From Octopus sinensis (taxonomy: Eukaryota): a stretch of 64,000 nt of DNA. Where the stretch lies: positions 16,678,001-16,742,000 of the forward strand of contig NC_043025.1 of assembly GCF_006345805.1 (NCBI RefSeq), read 5' to 3'. How positions within the stretch are numbered: position 1 is the stretch's first letter; every line of letters begins with the position of its first letter. Position numbers and translations under genes: made by a program. Of the stretch, positions 28,801 to 42,562 are shown piece after piece. The notes beneath the pieces are model-generated. The model was not told the DNA's origin and did not search any database. It saw only the letters and a program-made list of their open reading frames with translations.

Positions 28801-31800
28801 GATCTCTGGATAAATATAAGCTTGTTATCACTCATATAGCTTATATTTAACTTACAGATCACAAAATTGTTTTTGTTTTTCAAGTACACATTTGAAATAT
28901 TTGACATTTTCTAACCTGAAAACTTTTGAGAATTTAGTCATCTCTCTTATTATCACTCAGTTAAACTATATTTATCAAACAGATCACAAAATATTTTTTT
29001 GTACGTCAAGTAAAGTACACATTTGAAATATTTTGACATTTCTAACATGAAAACTTTGAGAATTTAGTGATTCTTGGATAAAATAAGTTTATTATCATCA
29101 TATAGCTTATATTTACAAAACGATCACAAAATTTTTTTTTGTTTTTCAAGTACACATTTGAAATATTTTGACATTTTCCAACCTGAAAACTTTTGAGAAT
29201 TTAGTGATCTCTTGGATAAATATGAGCTTATTATCACTCATATAGCTTATATTTCTAAGAGACAACGAAATATTTTTTTTTTTTCAAGTACACATTTGAA
29301 ACATTTTGTCATTTCTAACTGAAAACTTTGAGAATTTAGTGATCTCTTGTTAAATATAAGCTTTTATCACACATATAGCTTATATTTATCTAACAGATCA
29401 CAAATTTTTTTTTGTTTTTCAAGTACTCATTTGAAATATTTGACATTTCTAACCTGAAAACTTTTGGAATTTAGTGATCTCTGGATAAATATAAGATTAT
29501 TATCACTCATATAGCTTATATTTCTAAGAGACAACGAAATATTTTTTTGTTTTTGAAGTACACATTTGAAATATTTTAACATTTTCTAACCTGAAAACTT
29601 TTGAGAATTTAGTGATCTCTTGGATAATCACTCATATAGCTTATATTTACCTAACAGAACACAAAATTTTTTTTTGTTTTTCGAGTACTTATTTGAAATA
29701 TTTTGACATTTTCTTTTTTTTTTTCAAGTACACATTTGAAACATTTTGTCATTTTCTAACCTGAAAACTTTTGAGAATTTAGTCATCTCTTGGATAAATA
29801 TAAGCTTATTATCACTCATATAGCTTATTTTTATCTAACAGATCACAAATTTTTTTTTGTTTTTCAAGTACTCATTTGAAATATTTTGACATTTTCTAAC
29901 CTGAAAACTTTTGAGAATTTAGTGATCTCTTGGATAAATATAAGCTTATTATCACTCATATAGCTTATATTTATCTAACAGTTCCAAAATTTCTTTTTGT
30001 TTTTCAAGTACTCATTTGAAATATTTTGACATTTTCTAACCTGAAAACTTTTGAGAATTTAGTGATCTCTTGTATAAATATAAGCTTATTATTATCATTC
30101 ATATAGCTTATATTTTCTTAAGAGACAACGTAATATTTTTTTGTTTTTCAAGGACACATTTGAAATATTTTAACATTTTCTAACCTGAAAACGTTTGAGA
30201 ATTTAGTGATCTCTTGGATAAATATAAGCTTATTATCACTCATATAGCTTATATTTTCCTAAGAGACAACAAAAAGTTTTTTTTGTTTTTCAAGTACACA
30301 TTTGAAATATTTTGACATTTTCTAACCTGAAAACGTCTAATTTAGTGATCACCTTGATAAATATAAGCTAATTATCACTCATATAGCTTATATTTACCTA
30401 ACAGATCACAAAATTTTTTGTTTATCAAGTACACATTTGAAATATTTTGAATTTCTAAACTGAAAACTTTTGAGAATTTAGTGATCTCTTGGATATAAAA
30501 TAAGCTTATTTTCACTCATATAGCTTATTATACCTTACAGATCACAAAATTTTTTTTGTTTTTCAAGTACACATTTGAAATATTTTGACATTTTCTAACC
30601 TGAAAACTATTGAGAATTTATTGATCTCTTGGATAAATGTAAGCTTATTATCACTCATATAGCTTATATTCACCTAAGAGACAACAAAATTTTTTTTGTT
30701 CTTCAAGTACACATTTGAAATATTTTGACATTTTCTAACCTGAAAACTTTTGAGAATTTATTGATCTCTTGGATAAATATAAGCTTATTATCACTCTTAT
30801 AGCTTATAGTTACCTAACAGATCACAAAATTTTTTTTTATTTTCAAGTACACATTTGAAATATTTTGACATATTCTAACCTGAAAACTTTTAGAATTTAG
30901 TGATCTCTTGGATATATATAAGCTTGTTATCACTATATAGCTTATATTTACCTTACAGATCACAGAATTTTTTTTGTTTTTCAAGTACACTTTGAAATAT
31001 TTTGACATTTTCTAACCTGAAAACTTTTGAGAATTTAGTCTATATTCTTCTTATTATCACTCATTAACTTATATTATCTAACAGATCACAAAATTTTTTT
31101 GTATTTCAAGTACACATTTGAAATATTTTGACATTTTCTAACCTGAAAACTTTTGAGAATTTAGTGATCTCTTGGATAAATATAAGCTTATTATCAATCA
31201 TATAGCTTATATTTACCCACAGAATCACAAAATTTTTTTTTGTTTTTCAAGTACACATTTGAAATATTTTGAATTTTCTAAACTGAAAACTTTTGAGAAT
31301 TTAGTGATCTCTTGTGTAAATATAAGCTTATTATCACTCAGTTAACTTATATTTATCTAACAGATCACAAATTTTTTTTTTGTTTTTCAAGTACACATTT
31401 GAAATATTTTGAATTTTCTAAACTGACAACTTTTGAGAATTTAGTGATCTGTTGGATAAATATAAGCGTATTATCACTCATATAGCTTATAGTTACCTAA
31501 CAGATCACAAAATTTTTTTTTGTCTTTCAAGTACACATTTGAAATATTTTGACATTTTCTAATCTGAAAACTTTTGAGAATTTAGTGATCTCTTGGATGA
31601 GCCTATTTTCACTCATATAGGTTATATTTACCTTACAGATCACAAAATTTTATTTTGTTTTTCAAGTACACATTTGAAATATTTTGACATTTTCTAACCT
31701 GAAAACTTTTGAGAATTTAGTGCTCTCTTGTATAAATATAAGCTTATTATCACTCATATAGGTTATATTTACCTAACAGTTCACAAATTTTTTTTTGTTT

Positions 31801-34800
31801 TTCAAGTACACATTTGAAATATTTTGAATTTTCTAACCTGAAAACTTCTTAGAATTTAGTGATCTCCTTGATAAATATAAGCTTATTATCACTCATATAG
31901 CTTATATTTACCTAACAGATCACAAAATTTTTTTTTGTTTTTCAAGTACACATATGATATATTTTGAATTTTCTAAACTGGAAACTTTTGAGAATTTAGT
32001 GATCTGTTGGATAAATATAAGCATATTATCACTCATATAGCTTATATGCTATATGAGTGATAATAAGCTTATTATCTCTCATATAGCTTATATTCACCTA
32101 ACAGACAACAAAATTATTTTTGTTCTTCAAGTACACATTTGAAATATTTTGACATTTTCTAACCTGAAATCTTTTGAGAATTTAGTGTTCTCTTGGATAA
32201 ACATATGCTTATTTTCACTCATATAGCTTATAGTTACCTAACAGATCATAAAATTTTTTTTTGTCTTTCAAGAACACATTTGAAATATTTTGACATTTTC
32301 TAATCTGAAAACTTTTGAGAATTTAGTGATCTCTTGGATGAGCCTATTTTCACTCATATAGGTTATATTTACCTTACAGATCACAAAATTTTATTTGTTT
32401 TTCAAGTACACATTTGAAATATTTTGACATTTTCTAACCTGAAAACTTTTGAGAATTTAGTGCTCTTGGATAAATATAAGCTTATTATCACTCATATAGG
32501 TTATATTTACCTAACAGTTCACAAATTTTTTTTTGTTTTTCAAGTACACATTTGAAATATTTTGAATTTTCTAACTGAAAACTTTTAGAATTTAGTGATC
32601 TCCTTGATAAATATAAGCTTATTATCACTCATAGCTTATATTTACCTAACAGATCACAAAATTTTTTTTTGTTTTTCAAGTACACATATGAATATTTTGA
32701 ATTTTCTAAACTGGAAAATTTGAGAATTAGTGATCTGTTGGATAAATATAAGCATATTATCACTCATATAGCTTATTTCTATATGAGTGATAATAAGCTT
32801 ATTATCTCTCATATAGCTTATATTCACCTAACAGACAAAAAATTATTTTTGTTCTTCAAGTACACATTGAAATATTTTGACATTTTCTAACCTGAAATCT
32901 TTTGAGAATTTAGTGATCTCTGGATAAACATATGCTTATTTCACTCATATAGCTTATAGTTACCTAACAGATCATAAAATTTTTTTTTTTTTTCAAGAAC
33001 ATTTGAAATATTTTGACATATTCTAACCTGAAAACGTTGAGAATTTAGTGATCTCTTGGATAAATATAAGCTTATTATCACTCATATAGCTTATATTTAC
33101 CTAACAGATCAAAAAATTTTTTTTTGTTTTTCAAGTACACGTTTGAAATATTTTGAATTTTCTAACCTGAAAACTTTTGAGAATTTAGTGATCTCTTGGG
33201 TAAATATAAGCTTATTATCACTCAGTTAACTTTTATTTATCTAATAGATCACTTTTTATTTTTTTGTTTTTCTAGTACACATTTGAAATATTTTGAATTT
33301 TCTAAACTGAAAACTTTTGAGAATTTAGTGATCTGTTGTATAAATATAAGCTTATTATCACTCATATAGCTTATATTCACCTAACAGACAACAAATTTTT
33401 TTTTGTTCTTCAAGTACACATTTGAAATATTTTGACATTCTCTAACCAGAAAACTTCTAAGAATTTAGTGATCACCTTGATAAATATAAGCTTATTATCA
33501 CTCATATAGCTTATATTTACCTAACAGATCACAAAACTTTTTTTGTTTATCAAGTACACATTTGAAATATTTTGAATTTCTAAACTGAAAACATTTGAGA
33601 ATTTAGTGATCTGTTGGATAAATATAAGCTTATTATCACTCATATAGCTTATATTTACCTTACAGAACACAAATTTTTTTTTTGTTTTTCAAGTACACAT
33701 TTGAAATAATTTAACATTTTCTAACCTGAAAACTATTGAGAATTTAGTGATCTCTTGGATAAATATAAGCTTATTATCACTCATATAGCTTATATTCACC
33801 TAACAGACAACAAAATTTTTTTTGTTTTTTAAGTACACATTTGAAATATTTTGACATTTTCTAACCTGAAAACTTTTGAGAATTTAGTGATCTCTTGGAT
33901 AAATATAAGCTTATTATCACTCATATAGCTTATAGTTACCTAACAGATCACAACATTTTTTTTTATCTTTCAAGTACACATTTGAAATATTTTGACATTT
34001 TCTAACCTGAAAACTTTTTAGAATTTAGTGATCTCTTGGATAAATATAAGCTTGTTATCACTCATATAGCTTATATTTACCTTACAGATCACAGAATTTT
34101 TTTTTGTTTCTCAAGTAGACTTTTGAAATATTTTGACATTTTCTAACCTGAAAACTTTTGAGAATTAGTCATCACTTCTTATTATCACTCAGTTAACTAA
34201 TATTTATCTAACAGATCATAAAACATATTTTTGTATTTCAAGTACACATGTGAAATATTTTGACATTTTCTAACCAGAAAACTTTTGAGAATTTAGTGAT
34301 CTCTTGGATAAATATAAGCTTATTATCAATCATATAGCTTATATTTACCCAACAGATCACAAAATTTTTTTTTGTTTTTCAAGTACACATTTGAAATATT
34401 TTGACATTTTCCAATCTGAAAACTTTTGAGAATTTAGTGATCTCTTGGATAAATATGAGCTTATTATCACTCATATAGCTTATATTTTCATAAGAGACAA
34501 TGAAATATTATTTTTTTTTCAAGTACACATTTGAAACATTTTGTCATTTTCTAACCTGAAAACTTTTGAGAATTTAGTGATCTCTTGGATAAATATAAGC
34601 TTATTATCACTCATATAGCTTATATTTATCTAACAGATCACAAAATTTTTTTTTGTTTTTCAAGTACACATTTGAAATATTTTGACATATATTGAGAATT
34701 TAGTGATCTCTTGGATAAATATAAGCTTATTATCACTCATATACCTTATATTTTCTTAAGAGACAACGAAATATTTTTTTGTTTTTCAAGTACACATTTG

Positions 34801-37800
34801 AAACATTTTGTCATTTTCTAACCTGAAAACTATTGAGAATTTAGTGATCTCTTTGATAAATATAAGCTTATTATCACTCATATAGCTTATATTTACCTAA
34901 CAGAACACAAAATTTTTTTTTTGTTTTTCGAGTACTTATTTGAAATATTTTGACTTTTTCTAACCTGAAAACTTTTGAGAATTTAGTGATCTCATGGATA
35001 AATATGAGCTTATTATCACTCATATAGCATATATTTTCCTAAGAGACAACGAAATTTTTTTTTGTTTTTCAAGTACACATTTGAAATATTTTGACATTTT
35101 CTAACCGAAAAACTGTTGAGAAATTAGTCATCTCATCGTTAAATATAAGCTAATTATCACTCAGTTAACTTATATTTATCTAACAGATCAAAAAATTTTT
35201 TTTAGTTTTTCAAGTACACATAAGAAATATTTTGTCATTTTCTCACCTGAAAACTTTTAAGAATTTCGTGTTCACTTGGACAAATATAAGCTTATTATCA
35301 CTCATATAGCTTATATTTACCTAAGAGACAACAATTATTTTGACATTTTCTTAAGAGACAACGAAATTTTTTTTGTTTTTCAAGTACACATTTGAAACAT
35401 TTTGTCATTTTCTAACCTGAAAACATTTGTGAATTTAGTAATCTCTTGGATAAATATAAGCTTATTATCACTCATATAGCTTATATTTACCAAGGAGACA
35501 AGAAATTTTTTTTTTTTTTAAAGTACACATTTGAAATATTTTGAATTTTCTAAACTGAAAACTTTTGAGAATTTAGTGATCTGTTGGATAAATATAAGCG
35601 TATTGTCACTCATATAGCTTATATTTACCTTACAGCTCACAAAATTTTTTTTTATTTTTCAAGTACACATTTGAAATATTTTAACATTTTCTAACCTGAA
35701 AACTTCTGAGAATTTAGTGATCACTTGGGTAAATATAAGCTTCTTATCACTCAGTTAACTTATATTTATCTAACAGATCACAAATTTTTTTTTTGTATTT
35801 CAAGTACACATTTTAAATATTTTGACATTTTCAAACCTGAAAAGTTTTGAGAATTTAGTGATCTCTTGGATAAATAAGCTTATTATCACTCTATAGCTTA
35901 TTTTTGTTTTTTGTTTTTTACTTAATTTTATTAATTTATTTACCTTACAGATCACAGAATTTTTTTTTGTTTTTCAAGTACACATTTGAAATATTTTGAC
36001 ATTTTCTAACCTGAAAACTTTTGCGAAATTAGTCATCTCTTCGATAAATATAAGCTAATTATCACTCAGTTAAGTTATATTTATCTAACAGATCAAAAAA
36101 TTTTTCTTAGTTTTTCAAGTACACATAAGAAATATTTTGTCATTTTCTAACCTGAAAACTATTTAGAATTTAGTGATCTCATTGATAACTATAAGCTTAT
36201 TATCACTCATATAGCTTATATTTCCCTAACAGATCACAAAATTTTTTTTTGTTTTTCAAGAACACATTTGAAATAATTTGACTTTTTCTAACCTGAAAAC
36301 TTTTGAGAATTTAGTGATCTCTTGGACAAATATTAGCTTATTATCACTCATATAGCTTATATTTACCTAAGAGCACAAATTTTTTTTTGTTTTTCTAGTA
36401 CATATTTGAAATATTTTGACATTTTCTAACCTGAAAACTTTTCAGAATATAGGGATCTCTTAGATAAATATAAGCTTATTGTCACTCATATAGATTATAT
36501 TTACCTAACAGATCACAAATTTTTTTTTGTTTTTCATGTACACATTTCAAATATTTTGAATTTTCTAAACTGAAAACTTTTAAGAATTTAGTGATCTCTT
36601 GGATGAGCTTATTATCACTCATATAGCTTATATTTACCTTACAGTTCACAAAATTTTTTTTTGTTTTTCAAGTACACATTTGAAATATTTTGACATTTTC
36701 TAACCTGAAAACCTTTGAGAATTTAGTGATCTCTTGGAGAAATATAAGCTTATTATCACTCAAATAGCTTATATTTACCTAAGAGATCACAAATTTTTTT
36801 TTTGTTTTTCAAGTACACATTTGAAATATTTTGACATTTTCTAACCCGAAAACTTTTGAGATTTGGTGATCTCTTGGATAAATATAGGCTTATTATCTCT
36901 CATATTGCTTATATTTACCTAACAGATCACAAAATTGTTTTTTGTTTTTCAAGTACACATTTGAAATATTTTGACATTTTCTCACCTGAAAATTTTGAGA
37001 ATTTAGTGACCTCTTGGATAAATATAAGCTTATTATCACTCATATAGCTTATATTTACATAACAGATCACAAAATTTCTTTTTGTTTTTTAAGTACACAT
37101 TTGAAATATTTTGACATTTTCTAAAATGAAAACTTTTGAGAATTTAGTGATCTCTTGGATAAATATAAGCTTATTATCACTCATATAGCTTATATTTTTG
37201 TTAAGGGACAACGAAATTTTTTTTTATTTTTCAAGTACACATTTGAAATATTTTGACTTTTTCTAACCTGAAAACTTTTGAGAATTTAGTGTTCTCTTGG
37301 ATACATATAAGCTTATTATCACTCATATAGCTTATATTTTCCTAAGAGACAACTAAATTTTTTTTTTTTTGAAGTACACATTTGAAATATTTTGACATTT
37401 TCTAACCTGAAAACTTTTGAGAATTTAGTCATCTCTTGGATAAATATAAGCTTATTATCACTCATATAGCTTATATTTACCTAACAAATCACAAATTTTT
37501 TTTTGTTTTTCAAGTACACATTTGAAATATTTTGAATTTTCTAACCTGAAAACTTCTGAGAATTTAGTGATCACTTGTGTAAATATAAGCTTATTATCAC
37601 TCAGTTAACTTATATTTATCTAACAGATCACAAATTTTTTTTTTGTATTTCAAGTACACATTTTAAATATTTTGACATTTTCAATTTTTTGTTTTTCAAG
37701 TACACATTTGAAATATTTTGACATTTTCTAACCTGAAAACTTTTGAGAAATTAGTCATCTCTTCGATAAATATAAGCTAATTATCACTCAGTTAAGTTAT

Positions 37801-38790
37801 ATTTATCTAACAGATCAAAAAATTTTTCTTAGTTTTTCAAGTACACATAAGAAATATTTTGTCATTTTCTAACCTGAAAACTATTGAGAATTTAGTGATC
37901 TCATTGATAAATATAAGCTTATTATCACTCATATAGCTTATATTTCCCTAACAGATCACAAAATTTTTTTTTGTTTTTCTAGTACATATTTGAAATATTT
38001 TGACATTTTCTAACCTGAAAACTTTTCAGAATATAGGGATCTCTTGGATAAATATAAGCTTATTATCACTCATATAGATTATATTTACCTAACAGATCAC
38101 AAATTTTTTTTTGTTTTTCGTGTACACATTTCAAATATTTTGAATTTTCTAAACTGAAAACTTTTAAGAATTTACTGATCTCTTGGATGAGCTTATTATC
38201 ACTCATATAGCTTATATTTACCTTACAGATCACAAAATTTTTTTTTGTTTTTCAAGTACACATTTGAAATATTTTGACATTTTCTAACCTGAAAACCTTT
38301 GAGAATTTAGTGATCTCTTGGATAAATATAAGCTTATTATCACTCAAATAGCTTATATTTACCTAAGAGATCACAAAATTTTTTTTTGTTTTTCAAGTAC
38401 ACATTTAAAATATTTTGACATTTTCTAACCTGAAAACTTTTGAGACTTTGGTGATCTCTTGGATAATATAGGCTTATTATCTCTCATATAGCTTATATTT
38501 ACCTAACAGATCACAAAAAAGTTTTTTTCTTTTTCAAGTACAATTTGAAAATATTTTGACATTTTCTAACCTGAAAACTTTTGAGAATTTAGTGATCTCT
38601 TGGATAAATAAGCTTATTATCAATCATATAGCTTATATTTACCTAACAGATCAAAAAATTTTTTTTTGTTTTTCAAGTACACATTTAAAATTTTTTGAAT
38701 TTTCTAAACTGAAAACTTTTGGGAATTTAGTGATCTCTTGGATAAGCTTATTTTCACTCATATAGCTTATATTTTCCTAAGAGACACTAA

Positions 38791-41700
38791 AAGAGATCAC
38801 TAAATTCTCAATAGTTTTCAGGTTAGAAAATGTCAAAATATTTCAAATGTGTACTTGAAAAACAAAAGAAAAAATTTTGTGATCTGTTAGGTAAATATAA
38901 GCTATATGAGTGATAATAAGCTTATATTTATCCAAGAGATCACTAAATTCTCAAAAGTTTTCAGGTTAGAAAATGTCAAAATATTCAAATGGTACTTGAA
39001 AACAAAAAAAAATTTGTGTCTGGTAGGTTATATATAGTTATATGAGTGATAATAAGCTTATATTTATCCAAGAGATCACTAAATTCTCAAAAGTTTTCAG
39101 GTTAGAAAATGTCAAAATATTTCAAATGTGTACTTGAAAAACAAAACAAATATTGTGATCTGTTAGGTTAAATAAAGCTATATGATGGATAATAAGCTTA
39201 TATTTATCCAAGAGATCACTAAATTCTCAAAAGTTTTCAGGTTAGAAAATGTCAAAATATTTCAAATGTATACTTGTGAAAACAAAAAAAACAATTTTGT
39301 GATCTGTTAGGTAAATATAAGCTATATGAGTGATAATAAGCTTATATTTATCCAAGAGATCACTAAATTCTCAAAAGTTTTCCTGTTAGAAAATGTCAAA
39401 ATATTTCAAATGTGTAATTGAAAAACAAAAAAAAAATTCTGTGATCTGTAATGTAAATATAAGCTATATGAGTGATAATAAGCTTATATTTATCCAAGAG
39501 ATCACTAAATTCTCAAAAGTTTTCAGGTTTGAAAATGTCAAAATATTTAAAATGTGTACTTGAAATACAAAAATAAAAACTGTGATCTGTTAGATAAATA
39601 TAAGTTAACTGAGTGATAATAAGCTTATATTTACCCAAGAGATCACTAAATTCTCATATTTTTCAGGTTAGAAAATGTCAAAATATTTCAAATGTGTACT
39701 TGAAAAACAAAAAAAAATTTTGTGATCTGTTAGGTAAATATAAGCTATATGAGTGATAATAAGCTTATATTTATCCAAGAGATCACTAAATTCTCAAAGG
39801 TTTTCAGGTTAGAAAATGTCAAAATATTTCAAATGTGTACTTGAAAAACAAAAAACAATTTTGTGATCTGTTAGGTAAATATAAGCTATATGAGATGATA
39901 AATAAGCTATATATTATCCAAGAGATCACTAATTCTCAAAAGTTTTCAGGTTAGAAAATGTCAAAATATTTCAAAGTGTACTTGAAAAACAAAAAAAAAT
40001 TTCGTGCTCTTAGGAAAATATAAGCTATATGAGTGATAAGCTAATATATATTTATCCAAGAGATCACTAAATTCTCAAAAGTTTTCAGGTTAGAAAATGT
40101 CAAAATATTTCAAATGTGGTACTTGAAAAACAAAAAAAAATTTGTTGTCTGGTAGGTATTATAAGTTATATGAGTGATAAAAGCTTATATTTATCCAAGA
40201 GATCACTAAATTCTCAAAGTTTTCAGGTTAGAAAATGTCAAAATATTTCAAATGTGTACTTAAAAACAAAAAAAATTTTGTGATCTGTTAGGTAAATATA
40301 AGCTATATGAGTGATAATAAGCTTATATTATCCAAGAGATCACATAAATTCTCAAAAGTTTTCAGGTTAGAAAATGTCAAAATATTTCAAATGTATACTT
40401 GAAAAACAAAAAAAAATTTGTGATTGTAGGTAAATATAAAGCTATTATGAGTGATAATAAGCTTATATTATCAAGGGATCACTAATTTCAAAAGTTTTCT
40501 GTTTATTAGAAAATGTCAAAATATTTCAAATGTGTACTTGAAAAACACAAAAAAAAAATTTTGTGATCTGTGTAAGGTAAGAATAAGCTATATGAGTGAT
40601 AATAAGCTTATATGTATCCAAGAGTTCACTAAATTCTCAAAAGTTTTCAGGTTAGAAAATGTCAAAATATTTCAAATGTGTACTTGAAAAACAAAAAACA
40701 GTTTTGTGATCTGTTAGGTAAATATAGGCTATAAGAGTGATAATAAGCTTATATTTATCCAAGAGATCACTAAATTCTCAAAAATTTTCAGGTTAGAAAA
40801 TGTCAAAATATTTCAAACGTGTACTTGAAAAACAAAAAAAAATTTCGTCGTCTCTTAGGAAATTATAAGCTATATGAGTGATAATAAGCACATATTTATC
40901 CAAGAGATCACTAAATTCTCAAAAGTTTTCAGGTTAGAAAATGTCAAAATATTTGAAATGTGTACTTGAAAAAAAAAAAAAAATTTAATTTCTGGTAGGT
41001 AATTATAAGCTATATGAGTGATAATAAGCTTATATTTATCCAAGAGATCACTAAATTCTCAAAAGTTTTCATGTTAGAAAATGTCAAAATATTTCAAATG
41101 TGTACTTGAAAAACAAAAAAAAAATTTGTGATCTGTTAGGTAAATATGAGTGATAATAAGCTTATATTTATCCAAGAGATCACTAAATTCTCAAAAGTTT
41201 TCAGGTTAGAAAATGTCAAAATATTTGAAATGTGTACTTGAAAAACAAAAAAAATTTGTTGTCTGCTAGGTAATTATAAGCTATATGAATGATAATAAGC
41301 TTATATTTATCCAAGAGATCACTAAATTCTCAAAAGTTTTCAGGGTAGAAAATGTCAAAATATTTCAAATGAGTACTTGAAAAACAAAAAAAAATTTTGT
41401 GATCTGTTACGTAAATATGAGCTATATGAGTGATAATAAGCTTATATTTATACAAGAGATCACTAAATTCTCAAAAGTTTTCAGGTTAGAAAATGTCAAA
41501 TTATTTCAAATGTGTTCTTGAAAAACAAAAAGAAATTTCGTTGTCTCTTAGGTAAATATAAGCTATATGAGTGATAATAAGCTAATATTTATCGAAGAGA
41601 TCACTAAATTCTCAAAAGTTTTCAGGTTAGAAAATGTCAAAATATTTCAAATGTGTACTTGAAAAAAAAAAAAATTTGTTTCTGTTAGGTAATCATAAGC

Positions 41701-42462
41701 TATATGAGTGATAATAAACTTATATTTATCCAAGAGATCACTAAATTCTCAAAAGTTTTCAGGTTAGAAAATGTCAAAATATTTCAAATGTGTACTTGAA
41801 AAACAAAAAAAAATTTTGTGATCTGTTAGGTAAATATAAGCTATATGAGTGATAATAAACTTATATTTATCCAAGAGATCACTAAATTCTCAAAAGTTTT
41901 CAGGTTAGAAAATGTCAAAATATTTCAAATGTGTACTTGAAAAACAAAAAAAAATTTTGTGATCTGTTAGGTAAATATAAGCTATATGAGTGATAATAAG
42001 CTTATATTTATCCAAGAGATCACTAAATTCTCAAAAGTTTTCATTTTAGAAAATGTCAAAATATTTCAAAATATGTACTTGAAAAACGAAAAAAAAATTT
42101 GTGATCTGTTATGTAAATATAAGCTATATGAGTGATAATAAGCTTATATTTATCCAAGAGATCACCTAAATTCTCAAAAGTTTTCAGGTTAGAAAATGTC
42201 AAAATATTTGAAATGTGTACTTGAAAAACAAAAAAAAATTTTGTGATCTGTTAGGCAAATATAAGCTATATGAGAGATAATAAGCTTATATTTATCCAAG
42301 AGATCACTAAATTCTCAAAAGTTTTCATTTTAGAAAATGTCAAAATATTTCAAATGTGTACTTGAAAAACAAAAAAAAATTTTGTGATCTGTTATGTAAA
42401 TATAAGCTATATGAGTGATAAATAGCTTCTATTTATCCAAGAGATCACTAAATTCTCTAAAG
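38791..42462 (-). repeat. Satellite B, inverted block
   Basis: Reverse-complement monomers AAGAGATCACTAAATTCTCAAAAGTTTTCAGGTTAGAAAATGTCAAAATATTTCAAATGTGTACTTG... continue up to the gap. Confidence 0.98.
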
Positions 42463-42562
42463 NNNNNNNNNNNNNNNNNNNNNNNNNNNNNNNNNNNNNN
42501 NNNNNNNNNNNNNNNNNNNNNNNNNNNNNNNNNNNNNNNNNNNNNNNNNNNNNNNNNNNNNN
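42463..42562. other. Assembly gap (100 N)
   Basis: Exactly 100 N, the usual placeholder for a scaffold gap of unknown size. Confidence 0.99.

Larger units (their letters stand above)
3378..38790 (+). repeat. Satellite B, ~140-bp monomer array, forward block (interrupted at 3803-4821)
   Basis: Unit AACAGATCACAAAATTTTTTTTGTTTTTCAAGTACACATTTGAAATATTTTGACATTTTCTAACCTGAAAACTTTTGAGAATTTAGTGATCTCTTGGATAAATATAAGCTTATTATCACTCATATAGCTTATATTTACCT repeated roughly 240-250 times, usually with one HindIII site per monomer. Confidence 0.99.

Noticed and set aside
14000-28900. Frequent 1-bp deletions as a biological mutation pattern
   Set aside because: They are concentrated in homopolymers and short runs, the signature of long-read consensus error.
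1126-40687. 60-90 aa ORFs within the satellites
   Set aside because: They are translations of repeat monomers opened by chance indels, many with non-ATG starts.
3378-42462. CRISPR-like array (palindromic repeat at regular spacing)
   Set aside because: The intervening sequence is the same in every unit, so there are no unique spacers. There are no cas genes and the context is eukaryotic.
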